A stretch of DNA of 64,000 nt, taken from NCBI GenBank assembly GCA_036229005.1, contig JAZAMN010000006.1, forward strand, positions 96,001-160,000. The letters run 5' to 3'. Each line of letters begins with the position of its first letter. Position 1 is the first letter of the stretch. Source of the DNA: Myxococcota bacterium. Lineage in GTDB: Bacteria; Myxococcota_A; UBA796; CAJQPC01. The notes under the pieces were generated by a model. It was not told the DNA's origin. It saw only the letters and a list, made by a program, of their open reading frames with translations, and made no database searches. Shown here piece by piece: positions 60,987 to 64,000 of the stretch. The translations under genes were made by a program, and so were the position numbers.

Positions 60987-61735
60987 ACGTCCCCGTCGAG
61001 GTGGTGGAGGCGGCCGCTGCAGGCCGCTGCGTGCTCTTTGTGGGCAACCGCGCCACCCTCGAGGCGGTGACCGAGTCGGGCGGAGAGTTCCTGGGCCAGC
61101 GGCGCCTGGCCCGAAAGCTGGGCGGTCGCGTGTCCGTCCGTGAGGCCGTCGGCAAGCTCCTGGAGGGGGCCCCGCGCGAGGAGGTCCTGCGCCGCGTCGC
61201 GGGCTTCCAGGGGGCGACCGAGGCGGAGCCGGGCGAGTTCCACCGGCGGGCCGTGCGGCGCTTCACGCGCATCTACACGACCTGCAGGGATGCGCTGTTG
61301 GAGCAGGCAGCCCAGGCCGAGGGCATCGACTACCGCGTGGTCTACCCCGGCGAGCCGCTGCCCGACTTCGAGGCGCCGGGGCTCGTGATCACCAAGCTCT
61401 GGGGCGGCTTCGAGCGCCCCGAGAGCGTCGTGCTGAGCGACGCGGACCAAGCGCTACACCCCCTGAGCGCCCAGTCCAAGGCACTCCGCGCCGTGTTCCG
61501 CAAGAAGGTCGTGTTCTTTGTGGGCTACCGCCCCGACGAGGAGGACTTCGACCTGCTCTTCGACGACCTCAGCGAGGCCTACGGCGGGGAGCTCCCGCGG
61601 GTGCACCTGGCGGTGTCCCAGGGGCGGATCTCCGACTACCACTGGCAGAAGTGGGTGTGGCGCGGGCTGCTGCTCTTCATCGCGGACCCCAGCGAGGCCC
61701 TGGAGGCCGTGGACGCGCAGGTGGAGGCCCTTTGA
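60983..61735 (+). CDS. stand-alone SIR2-like domain protein, degenerate
   Basis: VLFVG, IYTTCRD.LLE, ITKLWG, FFVGY. Confidence 0.75.
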   Translation: MNVPVEVVEAAAAGRCVLFVGNRATLEAVTESGGEFLGQRRLARKLGGRVSVREAVGKLLEGAPREEVLRRVAGFQGATEAEPGEFHRRAVRRFTRIYTTCRDALLEQAAQAEGIDYRVVYPGEPLPDFEAPGLVITKLWGGFERPESVVLSDADQALHPLSAQSKALRAVFRKKVVFFVGYRPDEEDFDLLFDDLSEAYGGELPRVHLAVSQGRISDYHWQKWVWRGLLLFIADPSEALEAVDAQVEAL

Positions 61736-62805
61736 GCCCCGAGCTCCAGGCGCCGGTCGCCTTCGGGGTCATCCTGGGGCTCGCGACCCTGTTGGCGCCA
61801 GCCCGTCACCGGGTCTGGTGGCTGGGCCTGCCCGTGGTCGCGGTGGTCCTGGCGGCGGTGTTCGGTCTGAACCTGCAGGCAGGTGGCCTGGCGGGCCTCC
61901 CCTGGGAGGAGACGGGGAGCATCCTGGCCTGGCTGCTGCTGGGACACTGCGCCCGGGTAGCCGGTGGCCCGGTGCTGCCCCGGAGCTGGGGTCTGGTGGC
62001 TGCGCTGGCGGGCTGGCTGATGGGGGACCTGGGGGCAGCGGCGCTGCTGGCCGGCCTCATCGCGGATCGGGGGACGGCCATCCGAGCGGCACTGGTGGCC
62101 TCGGCTGCGGCGCTGATCTCTCCGATTGGGACACCGGTCAGTCTGGTTGTGGTGGACCCCGCCTACTTTGGACCGCTCCCGATCTTCCTCGCTCTGGTGG
62201 CCTGGCCGGTTGGGGCGCTCCCAGAGCGTCAGGGTCGGGTCTCGGTGAGCCTGATTCTCGGCTCGGCCGCTGCGCTGGTGGCCTGGATCCCCTCCCAGCG
62301 CCTGATCTTCCTGGCCGCCGCCGCTGCCCTGCTGGCCTTCCTGGCCCGCAAGAACCTGCAGGCGGAGCGCTTTCCGGCGGGCGAGGGCGTGTTCGCCATC
62401 GCAGCGGGGGTGTTGGCCTGGGGCGCTCGGCACGGAGGGCTCTCCCGGGAGCTGCTCGCGGGGCTGGAGCTGCTGCAAGGGGCGCTGCCGGACGCCGCGA
62501 ACTGGCTCTTCGCGACGGCCGGCGTGCTGCTGGGTCTGCTGATGGGGGAGACAGCCGGCGCGCCGCTGATCCACTCGATGCTGGGGGCCTCGGCGAACCC
62601 GCCCGATCCGGCGATGCTGTCGTGCGTTGCGGCTGGCCTGGCGGTGGGTGGGCTGGGGCCGCTGTTGATGGTCTGGCGGCACCACCCGGGGAACGAGAAC
62701 GGGAGCCCTCGGCCGCCTTTCTGGCGGGAGGCGCTGCGGCCCTACCTGATGCAGGTGGTGGTCGTGGTGGCCTGGGCGGCCATGCTGGATGATCTCCTCG
62801 CTTGA
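61732..62805 (+). CDS. membrane protein, possible IT/ArsB-NhaD-like transporter
   Basis: About ten TM helices; 'LISPIGTP' hairpin motif; TTGA coupling. Confidence 0.55.
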   Translation: MSPELQAPVAFGVILGLATLLAPARHRVWWLGLPVVAVVLAAVFGLNLQAGGLAGLPWEETGSILAWLLLGHCARVAGGPVLPRSWGLVAALAGWLMGDLGAAALLAGLIADRGTAIRAALVASAAALISPIGTPVSLVVVDPAYFGPLPIFLALVAWPVGALPERQGRVSVSLILGSAAALVAWIPSQRLIFLAAAAALLAFLARKNLQAERFPAGEGVFAIAAGVLAWGARHGGLSRELLAGLELLQGALPDAANWLFATAGVLLGLLMGETAGAPLIHSMLGASANPPDPAMLSCVAAGLAVGGLGPLLMVWRHHPGNENGSPRPPFWREALRPYLMQVVVVVAWAAMLDDLLA

Positions 62806-62871
62806 GCCCAGGTGACAGCGGGGGATGAGCCACCCAGAGGACCGGCGGTGGGCCGTGGCACACTGGGTGCC

Positions 62872-64000
62872 ATGAAGCGTCTCTCCCGAAGCCTGCTGGC
62901 CCTCACCGCCCTCTTCCTGTTGCCTGCCGTGGCGCCTCCTCCGCTGTCCGGGGACGCGGGGATGGTGTCCTCCGACCACGAGCTGGCCTCCCTCGCGGGG
63001 GCGGAGATCCTGCGCCGAGGGGGGAATGCGGTGGATGCAGCGGTGGCCACGGCGCTCGCGTGTGGGGTGGTTCAACCCGCCGGATCCGGGCTGGGGGGAG
63101 GCGGCTTTGCGCTGGTGGTCGCCGGCGAGGAGCGGTCGGTGCTCGACTTCCGGGAGATCGCGCCTGCTGGGGCGGGGCCGGACATGTATCTGGACGCCAA
63201 TGGGCAGGTGGTGCCGGGGGCGTCGGTCGATGGCGGGCTCGCGGTCGGGGTTCCGGGAGAGGCGGCCGGCCTGGCGCGCCTGATGGAGACCCACGGGAGC
63301 CTGAGCTTCCAGCAGGTCGCGGCGCCTGCGGTCCGCTACGCCAAGAAGGGCTTCGGGGCCGGGGTGCACCTGATCCACGCGCTGGAGCGCCGCCCGGAGA
63401 TGCTGGTGCTCTTTGACGGGGTCTCGCGCCTGCCTGAGCCAGGGGAGCAGCTCCGGCGAAAGGCCCTGGGACGCAGCATCGAGCGCTGGGCGGCGAGCCG
63501 GGGGGAGGCCTTCTACAAGGGGGACATCGCCCAGGACATCGCGCAGAGCGTGCAGGCGCAGGGGGGCATCCTGGAGCTGGGGGACCTGGAGGACTACGCG
63601 CCGGTGGACCGGGAGGTCCTGGTCGGCAGCTACCGGGGGTACACGATCCTGACGATGCCGCCGCCGAGCTCGGGTGGGGCGGTGCTGCTGCAGGTGTTGG
63701 CGGTGCTGGAGGCCCATGACCTGGCAGCGCTGGGCCACAACTCGAGCGAGCACCTGCACCTGCTGGCGGAGGCCTCGCAGCACGCGTATGCCGACCGCGC
63801 GGCATTGATGGGGGACCCGGCGTTCGTGGACGTCCCGCTGGAGCAGATGTTGGCCCCGGAGCGCATCGCGGAGATCCAGGGCAGCATCTGGCCCACGCGC
63901 ACGCTGGAGCGGGGCGCGTACGGCGGGGACTACGCGATCCCGGAGGACGCTGGGACGCAGCACATCGCGGTGATCGACGCCGACGGTCGCGCGGTGAGCC
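62872..64000 (+). CDS. ggt: gamma-glutamyltransferase, truncated at window end
   Basis: Translated by hand: MKRLSR..MVSSDHELAS..GGNAVDAAVA..GLGGGGF..DFRE.AP..PPPSSGG..GTQHIAVID. Confidence 0.93.
   Translation, partial: MKRLSRSLLALTALFLLPAVAPPPLSGDAGMVSSDHELASLAGAEILRRGGNAVDAAVATALACGVVQPAGSGLGGGGFALVVAGEERSVLDFREIAPAGAGPDMYLDANGQVVPGASVDGGLAVGVPGEAAGLARLMETHGSLSFQQVAAPAVRYAKKGFGAGVHLIHALERRPEMLVLFDGVSRLPEPGEQLRRKALGRSIERWAASRGEAFYKGDIAQDIAQSVQAQGGILELGDLEDYAPVDREVLVGSYRGYTILTMPPPSSGGAVLLQVLAVLEAHDLAALGHNSSEHLHLLAEASQHAYADRAALMGDPAFVDVPLEQMLAPERIAEIQGSIWPTRTLERGAYGGDYAIPEDAGTQHIAVIDADGRAVS

Noticed and set aside
60983..61735. Thoeris/DSR anti-phage system
   Set aside because: No TIR, pAgo, HerA or TPR partner, catalytic residues are absent, and the context is housekeeping
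62856..62870. sigma54 promoter TGGCAC-N5-GTGC before ggt
   Set aside because: The GC element ends 1 nt before the ATG, so the TSS would fall inside the signal peptide; CACACT-7-ATG fits the leaderless pattern better

Overview
High-GC (roughly 70% by eye), gene-dense bacterial chromosome segment that looks like Myxococcota/deltaproteobacteria: FHA-GAF sigma54 activator, Ser/Thr kinase, DxDxD-tailed lipoproteins, two-gene RdgC. The taxonomy is inferred, not proven. Most content is housekeeping or envelope: two tRNA-Pro(GGG), tRNA-Arg(CCG), surE, apt, coaE, lon, acyl-CoA carboxylase subunits, tatBC, rpsR, thiolase, pcp, a PfkB kinase and a partial ggt. I see no integrase, transposase, phage or CRISPR-cas genes. 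The features most worth follow-up are: (1) a tandem pair of M14/AstE-AspA proteins that have lost complementary halves of the active site, in an operon with pyroglutamyl peptidase; (2) a protein with two tandem Hfq/Sm-like domains upstream of split rdgC and tRNA-Arg; (3) a decaying four-unit tRNA-Pro + terminator array; (4) an ECF sigma / zf-HC2 anti-sigma / TonB / TonB locus with a probable frameshifted or coupled anti-sigma-TonB junction; (5) a stand-alone SIR2-like protein lacking its catalytic Asn/His; (6) a recurrent TANNNT-N6-9-start leaderless signature; (7) a small HTH gene with a tandem palindromic operator; (8) a multi-hairpin element after an orphan Cys-free rpsR. All domain calls come from motif recognition by eye. 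No database search was run, and many start codons were re-picked from the ORF track.
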